A stretch of 64,000 bases of DNA from Utricularia gibba (lineage: Eukaryota > Plantae > Magnoliophyta): contig NEEC01000011.1 of NCBI GenBank assembly GCA_002189035.1, forward strand, positions 62,001-126,000, in the 5' to 3' direction. Position numbers and translations under genes: made by a program. Of this stretch, positions 39,832-52,654 are shown piece after piece; the first letter of the stretch is position 1, and the number at the start of each line of letters is the position of its first letter. Below the pieces are notes generated by a model, which was not told the DNA's origin, ran no database searches, and worked only from the letters and a program-made list of their open reading frames with translations.

Positions 39832-40809
39832 CGTAGTTGAGGGAGTCAAGAAGCAAAAAAATTAAGAATGGGCAGAAAGAACCCTAGGAGAAAGAGACCC
39901 AAAAAGGGGGGGGGGGGGGTGGGAACAAGCCCCCAAAAGACTGAGCGGAAGAGATGAAGGGTAGATTGGTACCTTTGAAGACCTCCTTCTCCGGTGGATT
40001 TCACGGGAGCACTGAAATCACGCGAGCGAACCAAGAAGGCAAAGGGGAAAAATGACGGAAAGAACGTCTATTAATAGGGGAAATACTTAGGAGACGAAAC
40101 GGTGCATTGTTTGGAATGCTCAGAATGAGTGGGAAAAAACATGGCCAGCCCACGAGGTGACGCGCGGCAAGGAATTCGGTCTTAATCGACTTGGGGATCC
40201 CCCATAAAAAGTAGTAGGCTTGGAATCGGCGCAGTACTAATTCTGATCCCCCGATTTACCCGGAAGGGCCAATATCGGCAAATCAGAGGGGCTGAATATT
40301 GGGGTACAAATCGGGTATAATTAGTCGATCTCTGAAAAGCTGCCGAAAATGATCCTGACACAATTCGAAAAGCGGCCGAATTACGACATAACGGGTGGCC
40401 GATATCTAAAAAGCGAGATCATATAGCAGGTGCAGTAGGCAACCGATATTTGCAAATGTCATGGTTCAGTCAGGATGAGCTCTCCTATAAATAGACGGAA
40501 TTATGACAAGGGGTTGGAGAAAAAAGAAGATTTCTTCAATTTGTATTCTCCTCTTCACGATCTCCATCTAGTGAAACTCTTTTCCGGCGAGCTCCGGCAG
40601 CTCCGTGGTTTTTCCGCTTTCCGGCGGTTTCCACGTAAAAAATCCTTGCTCATTCTTATTTCAATCGCACCAACCGTGAAGAACGTGACTAAGCGTGGCA
40701 TTCCCAACCGCGCCTATCACCTGAAATCGGCCTCCCAATGGATACCGATTTGACCCATAACACCTATATATATAGCTAGCTACTACTCAAGTTTCTATTG
40801 TTACAAGAA

Positions 40810-41550
40810 ATGGATCCTTATTTGCCAAAAGGTTGGCTTGTGATTTTTGATGATGAAGATGTAATCCGTGCGGCAAAGTTATTAGAAGTGGTTGAAGCCT
40901 TCTGCAACGATTTTGATGATGAGGAAGAAGCGCCACATCCCCGACAATATATTTAGCTTAATCGTGAATTAGGCCATGAAAGGTTTGTAGCTGATTTCTT
41001 TTGTGATCGTCCATCTTATACAGATGAACAATTCTGTCGAAGATTTTGAATGCATCGACGCTTATTTGAATGGATTGTTGATACTGTCAAAGGAGTAGAT
41101 CCATTTTTTCAGGAAAAGTTAGATTGCACCGGTCGACTTGGATTGAGTGCATTACAAAAGTGCACAACTTCTATTCGAATGCTAGCATATGGATGTGGGG
41201 CAGATGATGTTGATGAATATATTCGTATTGGAGAGACAACATCCATAGATTGTCTTCGTCACTTTATTACTGCTATTCATTCATGTTTTTCGACAGAATA
41301 TTTCAGGTCGCCAACAATAGAGGACCTAGAAGGTTTGCTTGCATGGGGAGAATCTCGTGGATTTCCTGGAATGCTTGGAAGTGTAGACTGTATGCATTCG
41401 GAGTGGAAAAATTGCCCAGTAGCATGACAAGGTCAATTTAAATGTGGAGACCATCGCAAACCTTTGCTCATGTTAGAGGCAGTGGCTTTTGCTAATACAT
41501 GGATTTGGCACGCTTTTTTTGGAATGCCAGGTGCGAATAATGATATAATC
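40810..41550 (+). pseudogene. Pong-like PIF/Harbinger transposase, 3'-truncated
   Basis: One frame from ATG 40810 reads ..FFCDRPSYTDEQFCRRF*MHRRLF..GLSALQKCTTSIRMLAYG..DEYIRIGETT..RGFPGMLGSVDCMH.EWKNCPVA*QGQF..MLEAVA..WIWHAFFGMPGANNDI. It has three in-frame stops, and homology ends after NNDI. Confidence 0.92.
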
Positions 41551-42531
41551 ACCTCGCATGATTTACATGTACAAAGGAACCATGTTCATGGACCAAGTAT
41601 GGTGTACACTCATAAGCACATAGAAATCACTCGAGGCGGTTATTGTGGCATTTTAGTCTTTGAAACATAGCATAAGTGACGTAATTTGTGAATAAAAATG
41701 AAATTGTAGTAGCATTGAATATTACGCAAAGCATAGGGCATGAATTGTCAATTTATGAAACAAAAATGATATATTTATATTTTGCTCTTCAAAAAATATT
41801 ATATAACATTATACTTTTCAACTACATAACTATTTGGTCAACAATACTAAATTACATGGCGACTTGCTCAATGTCATCTATGGAGAATCATTCATTATTC
41901 ATTTGACATCTGTGATTCAATAAAAAACTTCTAAATAACACAAATGTTGTAATATAAATACATGTTCTAAAAACTTGCAAAATATGGGAAGCCTTTTTTG
42001 TCAAATTCATCGGGTGCCATCTCAAGAAATAAATGCATATAAAAATATATGTTTATGTCAAACTTTGTTCCATCTTTTTTTTTGGGTACCTAAATGGAAT
42101 ACTGCATAAGATCAGATGTACAAACTCTTCCTCTTTAGATATAAAAATGAAGATTACTATGGATATGAGAAATTTGATATTATTGTGAAATGATCAAATA
42201 GCATATTGAAGAATCTATACTCAAGTTACCTATTTGTAATTAATAGAATAAATACAAAATAACATATTAGAAAATAAATACCTTTTTATATTTGTTTCAT
42301 GAACTTCTACATTACTTTTTTCTAAGGAATTGAATATAAAAATGCATCTCTTTTTTGGAAATCCAATATTGCACATGATACTAAAAATAGTGTCCCCCTA
42401 ATAGCATAATAACAATTTTCAATAAACAAAAAAAATTAAAAATATAAAAAAGTTTCCCTATGACTCAAGACAAAACAACATATTTTTTGATTCATATGTC
42501 TAGTCAGTGGATGGCATGCATGATCACATTA

Positions 42532-43260
42532 GGGCGCGTTTGATTGTTGGATTTAAGTGGGTTGCGGCGTGGGTTTAGAGATAAACCTACGTTTGGTACG
42601 TGGGTTTCAAGCTGGAAAAAATAAACCCGCTTGATTAGTTTAGATATATTCAAATCTGTTGAAGAAGAAGAAGAAGAAAAGGAAGAAGAAGAAGAAGAAA
42701 AGTAAGAAGAAGAAGAAGAGGAGGAAGAAGAAGAATAAGAAGAAGAAAATAAAGAAGAAAAAGATGAAGACAAAGACCTAGATAAAGATGAAAGTACTAA
42801 CCGCATGTGGGTTTTCATTTTTGGTGCTGAATGTAAGTTTTCGTTTTGAAGACGAGCACTGCGTCTATTATTATCTGGTGCTTGTTGTAAAATGTGAATT
42901 TTCGTTTGAAGACAAGCACCGCGTTTATTTTTACTCAGTCCTTGTTATAAAATAAAGTTTTAATTAAGCACCGTGATTTATGCTATGCGGTGCTCAATTG
43001 AAATTATAAAATGATATAGAAAAATAAAATATGTGATAATTTATTTTAATTAACTAAAGGCTATATTGGTAATTTGATATAAAAATCATCACAAACTCAA
43101 TTTTATACCCATGTACCAAACGTGTATTAGTCTTAAACCCAAATAATCTAACCCTATCAACCAAACACAAATTATACCCTTTAAACCCATAAAATCGGGT
43201 TATTTAAACCCAAATAAACTAAACATGGGTTTAGACCAAACCCAACAACTAAATGTGCCC
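42532..43260. mobile_element. Tourist-like MITE with TTA TSD
   Basis: Left end GGGCGCGTTTGATTGTTGGATTT; right end (reverse complement) GGGCACATTTAGTTGTTGGGTTT. TTA on both flanks (42529-42531 and 43261-43263). Confidence 0.8.
42660..42790 (+). repeat. Imperfect (GAA)n microsatellite inside the MITE
   Basis: GAAGAAGAAG... purine tract of about 130 bp, which accounts for the poly-Ser ORF 42504..42818-. Confidence 0.9.
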
Positions 43261-43735
43261 TTAATATTCTTTTCTTTTGAAAACAGGTCATAGAAGAAGA
43301 ACTGTACAAATGCATAATTCTTGAATCACTTCTCTCATATTGAGCTAGTAATTCACCTTCATATATCAAATGAATTAAAATAATGATAGTATAATTCTAA
43401 AAAAAATATAAAATGTAAAATAGAAACTTACATCAAGATTTAATCGAATATTCATGTATTCACTTCACCATACTTTGAGATGTTAGTTGGTAGAAGAGTA
43501 GATGACTTGACAGAAATTGCATGGCAAATAAATGTAAGATATGTAATTGGTACAATAAAAAAAAAATGTAATTGGTACAATCAGAAACTTGATTGTAGTT
43601 GAGTAAACAATTTCTTTTATTTCATGCTTACAAATATATTTAGTGTTGTTTCTATAACAAATTGATACGAGATCAATAACTTAATGATCCAAATACGAGA
43701 GCAATATCTGTCTATTGTAGTGGGGGTATGATTAC

Positions 43736-44698
43736 TGATAAACGATAATTCCTATTATCATTGCAATAAAAATGGAATTCTGTATCAAATAAATTTATAA
43801 GCTCTAATTCTCACAAGATTCAAAGAAACACAAAATGTAAAGTGGAATTTGGGATTGATCACAAGGAGATTGTGCTTGCTAAGTGTTTCAGAAGATGTAG
43901 ATTTTGGAATAATAGTGGTTCTTAGTCTACGGTTGAACTAACAGTAGTAAACAAGCTTAGTAAACAAAGTCAAGTCTCAACGCTGAAGATAACAAATACA
44001 GGTTCTAACAAACTAAGATGTCTTAAAGGTCTGCAGGTGGTTTGGTGCTAAAATACCCAATTTAATTTACCATGTTCCTACACTCACAACTTCAAATAAC
44101 CTAAATCTACCTAAGTTATTCATCATATTTTCGGCTAAGCTAGTCCTCAATATCATCACCAACTTTGCAATTAGGTCTACCAGGTTTTACTAGTTCTACC
44201 TCAAACCAACACCTACTGCTTCCACCATGATTTGTTGGTCTACCTCTAAATCAAGTATCTCAGTTGTGAAGGTACTTGTTCCCCTCCTTAGGTCTACCTA
44301 TGGAATGATAGAAACAAGAGCTAAAAATCAATGATGAATTATGTCATGAATTCTTGATCCACACCATCATGCTTTACCTTAAGGCATTCCTAAGGTTCTA
44401 GCTACTCATACTTGGAAAGTAAAATATGATAACATTAACATAAGGCAGCAAAAATGTTAAGGACATCGTGAAAAAGTTGGTTACAAAAACTAAAAACGCC
44501 AACAAAAGAAAGTAAAGCAGTAATAGCTCTGGTTTCCATCTGCTACTATTCGCAAGCCGGAACAGTAGCACTAGACTGGGCCTTGATCTTCATTCTTCAC
44601 GTTGGAGGTTCTTCTCTAGAAAATCGCCCTTGCTCTCGTGTTTGGTTCAGTATTCGTGGTGTTCTTCGTAATGGAGAGGAAGCCCCCTCATGTGCATG
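43736..44698 (-). mobile_element. Athila-like LTR fragment interrupted by the next LTR
   Basis: Begins TGATAAAC and shares TCAAATAAATTTATA..CTAATT with family A LTRs. Its other end is cut by the 44699 insertion. Confidence 0.55.
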
Positions 44699-45738
44699 TG
44701 ATGGTGATTCTACAAGTGCATAGAAATCGTCGAAGTAATAAAATAAGATCGTATCCACAGGGAATTTTTATTGGAATTTTCTTTTCAAAACAAAGACTTA
44801 AAAAGGTTGAAAACAAAAGAAAGATTTGGTTTTTGAAAATAATAAAAAAAGTGGCCTTGGATCTAAGATCCACCTTACTTGAAAATCGCCCTTGCGTGTG
44901 TGCAAACCTTGAGAACTGACCTGCTTGCGCAAGCTTTGGGAGTGTTATTCTAAAGTAGTGCTACTCGGTGACCGTTATAGCACCGTCCCTTGTTTTGTGG
45001 GATTATGGAATCAACCACGCCACCAGAGCCATTTCACCTCTTGTGATAACCTATGTTTTCACCACACCCAAATCTAACCCCTACACCTCACACCTCGCAA
45101 ACAGATTAGACAGAATGTGCCTTACCAACGATGTCCGATTGAGCTCTTCTCCTTAGGTGTTTGAGGCCAACCTTTGATTCTCCCACACCCCCTTAGAGCT
45201 ATATGGTACTAAAGATCACGTTGGTAAAGAAAACGTTGCGAAAAACAAAATCAGACCTCAAATTAAATGCTGAAAAACATGGTAAGACAGTCACACGCGC
45301 AGAACTTGCGCAAGCAAGGCTTCACAGCAGATCCTCAGCCACAAGCGCTCACACGCGCATGCTCGACTCTAAAAAACAAAAGTTGATGAAAAATGAAAGG
45401 GAAGACATCCAAAACATGCTAGACTCAACTCTAAACCCTAAATTGACTCTCTGATCGTCCACTATGACTCTCTCCTTTGATTTTCGCGTTTGGATCTCTA
45501 TATAATGGTGGGGATTTGTCGGGCTTTCTTGATGGGCTCACATCAAATCTTCTATCCGGATCTTCTAAGATTTGATACAAATCTTCTAGGATAAATCGCA
45601 GATTTAGTCTCAACTAAGACTAAATTGGCACTACTACGGTACTTATGTGCAAAAATATAGTAGGGAATAAAGCTTAATTTTTGTAGCACAAAATAAGTAA
45701 ATTCCATGCATTGAGCCACTCAAAAATATGTGTTATCA
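44699..45738 (-). mobile_element. Athila-like LTR (family B), solo-like
   Basis: TGATGGTGATTCTACAAGTG...TTATCA, closely similar to 60073-61246. The flanks GCATG / GATGC are not a clean TSD. Confidence 0.82.
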
Positions 45739-45765
45739 GATGCTAATGAAATTTCAGTAGGATAT

Positions 45766-48700
45766 TGATAGGATACAAACCGGTTGGGGATCATCGGTTT
45801 GTCAAAGAGGCTGCCAAGCAGGGTTTTCGATGAGATAATGTCTGTCGACATATTGATACCTGTCAGAGGATCTGACAAGAGCGGCATGGCTCAGTTGAAG
45901 AGTAACTGAGCCACGGCAGAATGAGCGGCGATTCTCTGAAAGGCAAGATCATAGCACAAGTGCAGAAAGGAAGCTCATGATTCGATCGGGTCGGTCCCCT
46001 TTCCCCCCCCCCCCTAGAAATAGAAGGAATCATAGTGGGAAAAGGGTTGGACCTCAAGCCTCCTAACCTGTACCTTTCTTCACCATCTCCGTCTAGTAAA
46101 AGCTTTCCCCGGCGAGCTCCGATAGCTCTGTGGTTTTATCGCCTCATGGTGGTTTACACGTAAAAAATCCCCACCTACTTCCATTCCATCCGGTCAAACC
46201 AAATAGACAAAAAAAAAAAAGAAACGATACCACCCGCAACCCGAAAATCAACCCACTTCGTCATACCGATTTTCGCCCCTAACATTTTTGGTGCCTGCCG
46301 TGGCGCTACGTTCCACAGTCCCACTCGAGAAATCCACAAGAGCCACTTGCTAAGCACGGATAATGGCGGAAAATAGCACAGCCACCAACCCGGCTCATGA
46401 CGGAAGCGCTAACGTGCAAGACCTTGGTCTTATGATCACCAGCAGGGAACAATTGAAGGCCCTGCTAACGGAAATCCTCGCCGACTTCAGGACACCTTCA
46501 GGTCTGAACTCCAACGCCCAGGAGGGAACATCCGAAATTGCACCACGAGCGGAGAAGCAACCCCTTATTCCGAAATACCCCTGGACACAGAGACTGAGTC
46601 CGAAACCAATGAGGAGATACAGCGAAGGAAAAGGCACAACCAAGTCATTTATGAGCCCGGAACGGATAGGAAAGATGTGATTAATGAAATCCTAGAGAAA
46701 AGGGAAGAAGAACTGAAAAGAGAATTGGATCAGATCCGGGAAAGATGAAAGCTCATCGCTGCGCGAATGCTACCGGGAGAGAAAGAGAGTAGGGGCTTCA
46801 GGGACGCCTTCGACCAGAATGTCTGCACTGGAAGAGGAGACATTCTTGCCGACATTGATCTAGCCTTGAAGAATAGTGTGGAAGGAGCTGCGAGGACCCC
46901 CGCACTTCACTTTGATCCCTTCTCGGATGAATTGATCCGAGAAGAGCCCGAAAGGGGATTCAGAGTCCCCGATGGACTGCCCACATATGATGGGAAGGGA
47001 GACCCTATATCTCACGTGACTGATTTCGACATGAGGATGGCTACGGTTCGGCATTCGGAAGCCATGAAGTGTAAGTTTATTGCTTGTTCACTCCAGAAGG
47101 GAGCCAAGATCTAGTTCAAACAGTTAGACCCATGTAGTGTGGGATCCTATTGGGAGTTGGTGCTACTCTTCACCACCCGATACGCTGTCAATATCGAAGC
47201 CCCACCATCTAATGCAGCGTTGTATTCCATTTGGTACGACCACAGAAGAGAAAGCTTAAGGAAATTCATCGACCGATTCAACTGTCTGGCACAGGACGTC
47301 CAGCTAGATTTGAAGGAAAGGGTAGAAATAATGAAGCGGGCCTTGGGAACATCAAAGCTGGGTCAAAGTCTATCTAAATCCCAACTGAAGAATCTCGGAG
47401 AATTGTTACGGAAAATCATGAAGTACATCCGAGTTGATGACGTCCTCAGGGTCTAGATGAAAAGCCGCATAGAGATCCGCCCGGTCCCGCAGCAAGAAGT
47501 GCAACCTATCCGGCCCCCTCGACCGAATAAACACCGTGAAGTATATCAAGTGGAACCAACTAGAATCGAGGCCTATTGCGAAATACATAAAACCACGGGA
47601 CACGAAACTATCATACTGGTGACGTAATGAGCAATGCACTACGGAACCCTACACAAATGACGGAACGAAAAAGGGGACGTAACGGCCAGACGGGAAACGA
47701 CGGCAGCCGATACCCGAAGTTCCCCCCGTAATTAACAGGAGGGATCCGGCGAGCTAGCGAAGTCTCGAACCACGAAGGGCATCGAGATAGACCGGAAAGT
47801 TCAAGAGACACGAACCGAGTGCAGGGTAGTCCCCCCTATGTCCGGGAAATCCACATGGTGTCCGGGGGGATCGAGATTGATGAATCCGGAAAGAGATATC
47901 TCGAGGAGGCTAGAAAAGGAGAGATCTTTGAAATCGGGAAAGGACAGTCTGAGAGAGCTGCATGGGAGATGGAGGAAATCCATTTCTCTGACAAAGACAT
48001 TGCCACAGGCACAGCCGCACGAAATGAACCTTTGGTGGTAGCCGGGATATGCGGGAGCACCAAGGTGAGGAGGATCCTCATCGATCAGGGGTCTTCCTAC
48101 AACATTATGAAAAAGGAAGTTGTCGAGCTACTGGCGTCATCTAAAGAGGGGGATATCCGCCCGATCCGTATGGACTTATACGCATTCGATCAACGGGCCA
48201 TGCAAACTGTTGGCAAAATAAGCCTACCCATGACGTTCGGTGCGGCAGGGCGAAGCCGGACCGAAAGATTAGAATTCTTGATTCTGGATTCGGAACTCTC
48301 GTACAACGTGATCCTCGGCCGACCCGGCATCAACTAATTTGGTATGTGCCCTCAATTATGCACTTGAAAGTAAAATTTACAACACCTAGGGGAATCTGCA
48401 CGCAAGATATCGACCGACCAGCCGCTCGGTCCTATTATGTGTCCTCTTGCCGCGACCCCTACGCAAAGAAACCGAGAGTAATGGTGGTGGAGAAGGAACC
48501 CTAGGAACCTCCCAGGCGAGCCATGGAACCGGTGGGGTATAAATCCTTGTAGCTCATACCAAGAGATACATAGAAGGCGACCCACATTGGCACCAACTTG
48601 AACGCCGAGTTCGAAAAAAGGTTAGCGGAAAACCTAAGGAATAATGCTGATATTTTCGCCTGGACTACTGCAGATTTTGTAGGAATCGATCGATCTGTCG

Positions 48701-49286
48701 CTGAGCATCACATCGATACCTATCCGAGGGAAAGCCGATTCGGCAGAAGCAGCGGCACTTCTCTGAAGAAAAATGCCGAATTATCAAGGAGAAAACAAAG
48801 GAGCTTCTTGAGCCCGGTTACGTGAGGGAAATCCAATACTCATAATGGGTAGCCAACCCGGTCGTTGTCCCGAAACCCGGGGGAAAATGGAGAATGTGTG
48901 TTGATTTCAATGATCTCAGCGCGTGTTGTGAAAGGGATCCCTATCCCTTACCAAAGATAGACAAGCTTTTGGACGCCATTTTCGAGTCCCGTTTCCTGAG
49001 CACCATGGATGCCTACTCTGGGTATCACCAAATTTTTGTCGTGGAAAAGGACCGGCCGAAAACAACCTTCTATGTCGCAATGCCTTTTGGTCTGAAGAAT
49101 GCTTGGGCGACCTATTAGAGATTGGTAAACAAAATCTTTTCCTCCGAGATCGGAACTTCAATGGAGGTGTATGTGGACGATATGATCGTTAAGTCAATGA
49201 ATGAAGAGGATCATTTGGCGTATTTGGCTTCCTACTTTTCTTTATGTCGGTCATACGGATTAAAACTCAACCCATTGAAATGTTGC
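45766..49286 (+). mobile_element. Second Tat-type retrotransposon, 5' LTR + gag + protease + RT start, 3'-truncated
   Basis: LTR 45766-46284 (TGATAGGATAC...CCCCTAACA), degenerate Lys PBS TGGTGCCTGCCGTGGCGC, and gag/protease/RT homologous to 31880-34370 (roughly 80% nt). It stops abruptly in RT at the Angela LTR. Confidence 0.92.
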
Positions 49287-50729
49287 TGTTAGTGTATGTG
49301 TTCTAGAGACAATCAACTCATTGGCAAATCTTATCTTTTGATATTTACTTTGAATTGTGATCAAATTTATATCATTGATAAAATCCTCTACTTGATCTAT
49401 GTGCTATAAAAATTATGATGAGATCATAATGTGAGATTCTTAAAGCACTCATGATCAAGTTAAATCTCCCTGGCTAGAGTATTTGTGAAATGAGGATATC
49501 ACAAATACGGATAAGCTGACACACATTGAGTTCCCTAAACAGTTTAGGCAATGGTTCTCACAAAATGAGATTACTAGAACCTATGTGTGGGTGTCGATTA
49601 AAGAATTGATTCATTGGATGACTCATCTTCGAGATGCTACTATGGGAAGCTAACCAAGTGTCAGTAGCAAGATCTCGAATATGACAGCCGTGCAAGTAAG
49701 CTTAGACTTGAGGTTAACAAAGTTATCTTGATCTTAAGCTCACATTTTCGCTCATTACTAATGGAAGCCTAACCATGGCTTGCCTAGTATGGATGAGTAG
49801 GGATGTGACTTCTTAAGGTTGGAGATAGTTGATTGATCAATAAAGGATTCATCACTCATGTTAGCAATGAGATCATATCTCAAGTAATTGCATCAAAGAC
49901 TAACAGTAAGTCCTAGGCCTAGGGTAATGACACTCGAATTGTTTGAGTAGGTCATTGAGTGTTAGTACTTGAATACAATTATAAGTTCGATACATCAGAA
50001 AGACACACACCCATGTTCTGGTATCGAATGAGATATAAGTATGATGAATGTTGTTCATTCCACGGTGGCTGGTCATGGAAAGGCTCAATCAGTTCACCTG
50101 ATTATTCTTTAATCTTGGGGATCATGATATGTTGCTAGACATCACTCATGATCGATAATGATGGATTTGACTAATTAAGAGTTAATTAATAAATCCATTA
50201 TTACGACCTTGATTGAGGAAGCCTATAGGGTCACATACAATAATGGAGTCACTCATCGATATAAAATAGAATGACACAATTACATGAGATGTAATTGGTA
50301 AAGTGGATAAATTAAATAGAGAATTATTTTGAGATTAATATTGATTAAACTCAAAATAAAAGATCTCATATAGATATGATTTGATATGTCACAAAATATC
50401 TATCAAAAGATTTAGATCATGAGATTTGCTCCAAGGTCTTCATGCTCTCTGAGACTAATCCATAAGGAGGCGTTTTTCTCTACTAGCACCTGAGAAATTC
50501 GACCAGCATTCAAGAGCCTTGAGAAGGTTATCGACGGAGTGCTCCACGTGTGGATACCATAGAGGTCGTCTCCTATTGGCGGTTGGTGAACAACGGAGTC
50601 ATCTGAAAGGTACTTTGAACATCCATATGTCTGATATATACCGTATTCCAAGATCTGCGTTGGGGGTTTCTCAAAATTTTTAAAATTCCGATGCTTTTGA
50701 GACATACGATGTCTACGAGAAACCCAACA
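49287..50729 (+). mobile_element. Angela-like copia LTR without TSD
   Basis: TGTTAGTGTATGTGTTCTAGAGACAATC...CTACGAGAAACCCAACA, 1443 bp. The flanks GTTGC / CATGT differ. Confidence 0.85.
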
Positions 50730-51637
50730 CATGTCTTGACAAGTAATATCTAAAATTTATATTTTATGTATGCATTTATAGTGACTATAACTATCGAGCA
50801 ACATTACAAAATTAATTCTTGACAAGTAAATTTGTTAAATAATTATATTTTTAATACTGTAATTTTTATATGTATGTAAATTTAATAATACTTGACATAT
50901 ACAAAATTATTAATAAATTCATTGTATTGAAATATATTATAAACTTTTTTTAATTAGTTAAACATATTTAATAAAAAATACATTTGATAAAAACTGATAA
51001 CACACAAATTTTCTTATTTTTATAACATGAAAATTATAAACTTTTAATTGTATTTTAGATGTTTATTTTATAGTTCTATGAAAAATTTTCTTATTTTTTG
51101 ACATGAAAATTAGGAAATACATGATTTTTGTGTGCTAGTAAGCTAAATCCTTTGATTTAATCCACTCCATGTTCTAACCCATTTGTGAGCAGCACCAAAG
51201 TCTAAGATCATTTGCAAAATATACATTTCATGCAAGCATCCAGTTCACATAAGGAGCAACATAAAACAAGCGACAATGAGTGCACTATCGCCGCAACAGA
51301 TTTCAAGTCAAAGGTAGGAGTAATACGATTGTCAGAAAATTGTACTTGTTTTAAGAAATGAAAGAGGAGGATATTTTGGAGGAGAGAGAATGGAAAAAGG
51401 GAAAGAGGGCTTTAGTGAAGAACACACATAGGGAGAAGTTCCACAACACAAACAACAAACTAGAAGAAGAGGAAGACGATTGTTAAGTGTTATTTTTTTA
51501 CTATCTTTTAGGTCGATTTTTATATCTAAATGTGATTAAAGTTTTTTAGTTAGAAATTTATAATATAAACTATATTAAGAAAATTATCCTAAATCGTGTA
51601 TTTAATCTAATATTTTTGTCTAGTTTTATTTAAGTTT

Positions 51638-52654
51638 TGTCAAGGGCAAACACGTAGCAGGAAGTGTGAGAAAGGAAGTAGTAGATGATGACAAAATAGA
51701 TCTTCTCGAGCTGACACTTGATTTTCGGAAGACTGTAGACGCTTAATAATGAGCCTTGAGGTGTGGTACGCATGAGATTTTGAAAGATGAAATCATTAGT
51801 GTACTAGTATTAGAGCAGAAACTTTCGTACAAGTCACTCTAGTTCATGGACTAAAGGAACATAAAAACTCAAACAAAGTTGTTCAGTTCAGCTCAATTGG
51901 GACATCAACTTTCATTTCTAGGTTTTTAGTTTCACTCTAGTTTTATCTCTCGAGAGAATTTTTCCTCTAGCTTCTCTCTAGAACTTTGTTCTCATTTCTG
52001 AATTGTATGATCGTTCACGGCTAGAAACTTTTGTTTTTGGGTTGGGAGACTCCCAGATCTTTGTTTAGTTCATCATCTCTATTTTTTCTTTGAATCTGAT
52101 CAGGTTCCATAAGTCTCTACTCAATTATGTTACAGTTTTTCAATAACACCCCTCTTATTTAAGATTCACGGTTAGCTGATCAATTGGGCACATGCGCACA
52201 ATTCGACTATGAGGATATAATGGCAAGACCTCTTATTTTCGTATTCGTCCAAGTGGGAGCAACATCCGGCTATACTTGTGTCATCTTGCAAGAGAATGCA
52301 AGAGAGGGTAGGCAATTCATTACTCCTTAAGCGAGTATTCGAGAAGATCGGAGAGGAGTGGAGACACAACGAATTGTAACTGGACAGGATTCTAATCCCA
52401 GAGACATTTTCTTTATTTATGGTTCATCGCTTAAGTTTATTTCGTTATTTTTTCACAATCTCCTTACTCAAGCTTCGTCATTTACGTTCTTGCATCTTTT
52501 ACTTTACAAACCTTACAAATCGTGACAGTTGTATTTGGTATAATTTCATCTTTCACTCAAAAATAACTTTCTATGCTCGATACTTGTACTACGCATCTTG
52601 TGTTTTACGACTTTTAAAAATCTTTAAAATTTATTGTGGAAACGATATGCATCA
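51638..52654 (+). mobile_element. LTR-like sequence, copy 2 of the 16340-17000 repeat
   Basis: The 3' half is homologous to 16500-17000 and ends GCATCA. It has a CT-rich central segment. The 5' boundary (TGTCAAGG) is tentative, and there is no TSD. Confidence 0.5.

Larger units (their letters stand above)
31272..40762 (+). mobile_element. Full-length Ty3/gypsy Tat (Retand-like) LTR retrotransposon, defective
   Basis: 5' LTR 31272-31801 and 3' LTR 40297-40762 (about 94% identical by eye, apart from a ~60-bp indel). Perfect 5-bp TSD CCTAT/CCTAT, tRNA-Lys PBS, PPT-like AGAGGGGCT before the 3' LTR, gag-pol and a long 3' region with an antisense ORF. Confidence 0.96.

Noticed and set aside
42504-42818. 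Poly-Ser ORF as a protein
   Set aside because: It is the antisense reading of the GAA microsatellite in a MITE.
44638-45454. ORFs shared with 59961-60254 as a conserved gene pair
   Set aside because: Both fall within family-B Athila LTR copies and have no coding signature.
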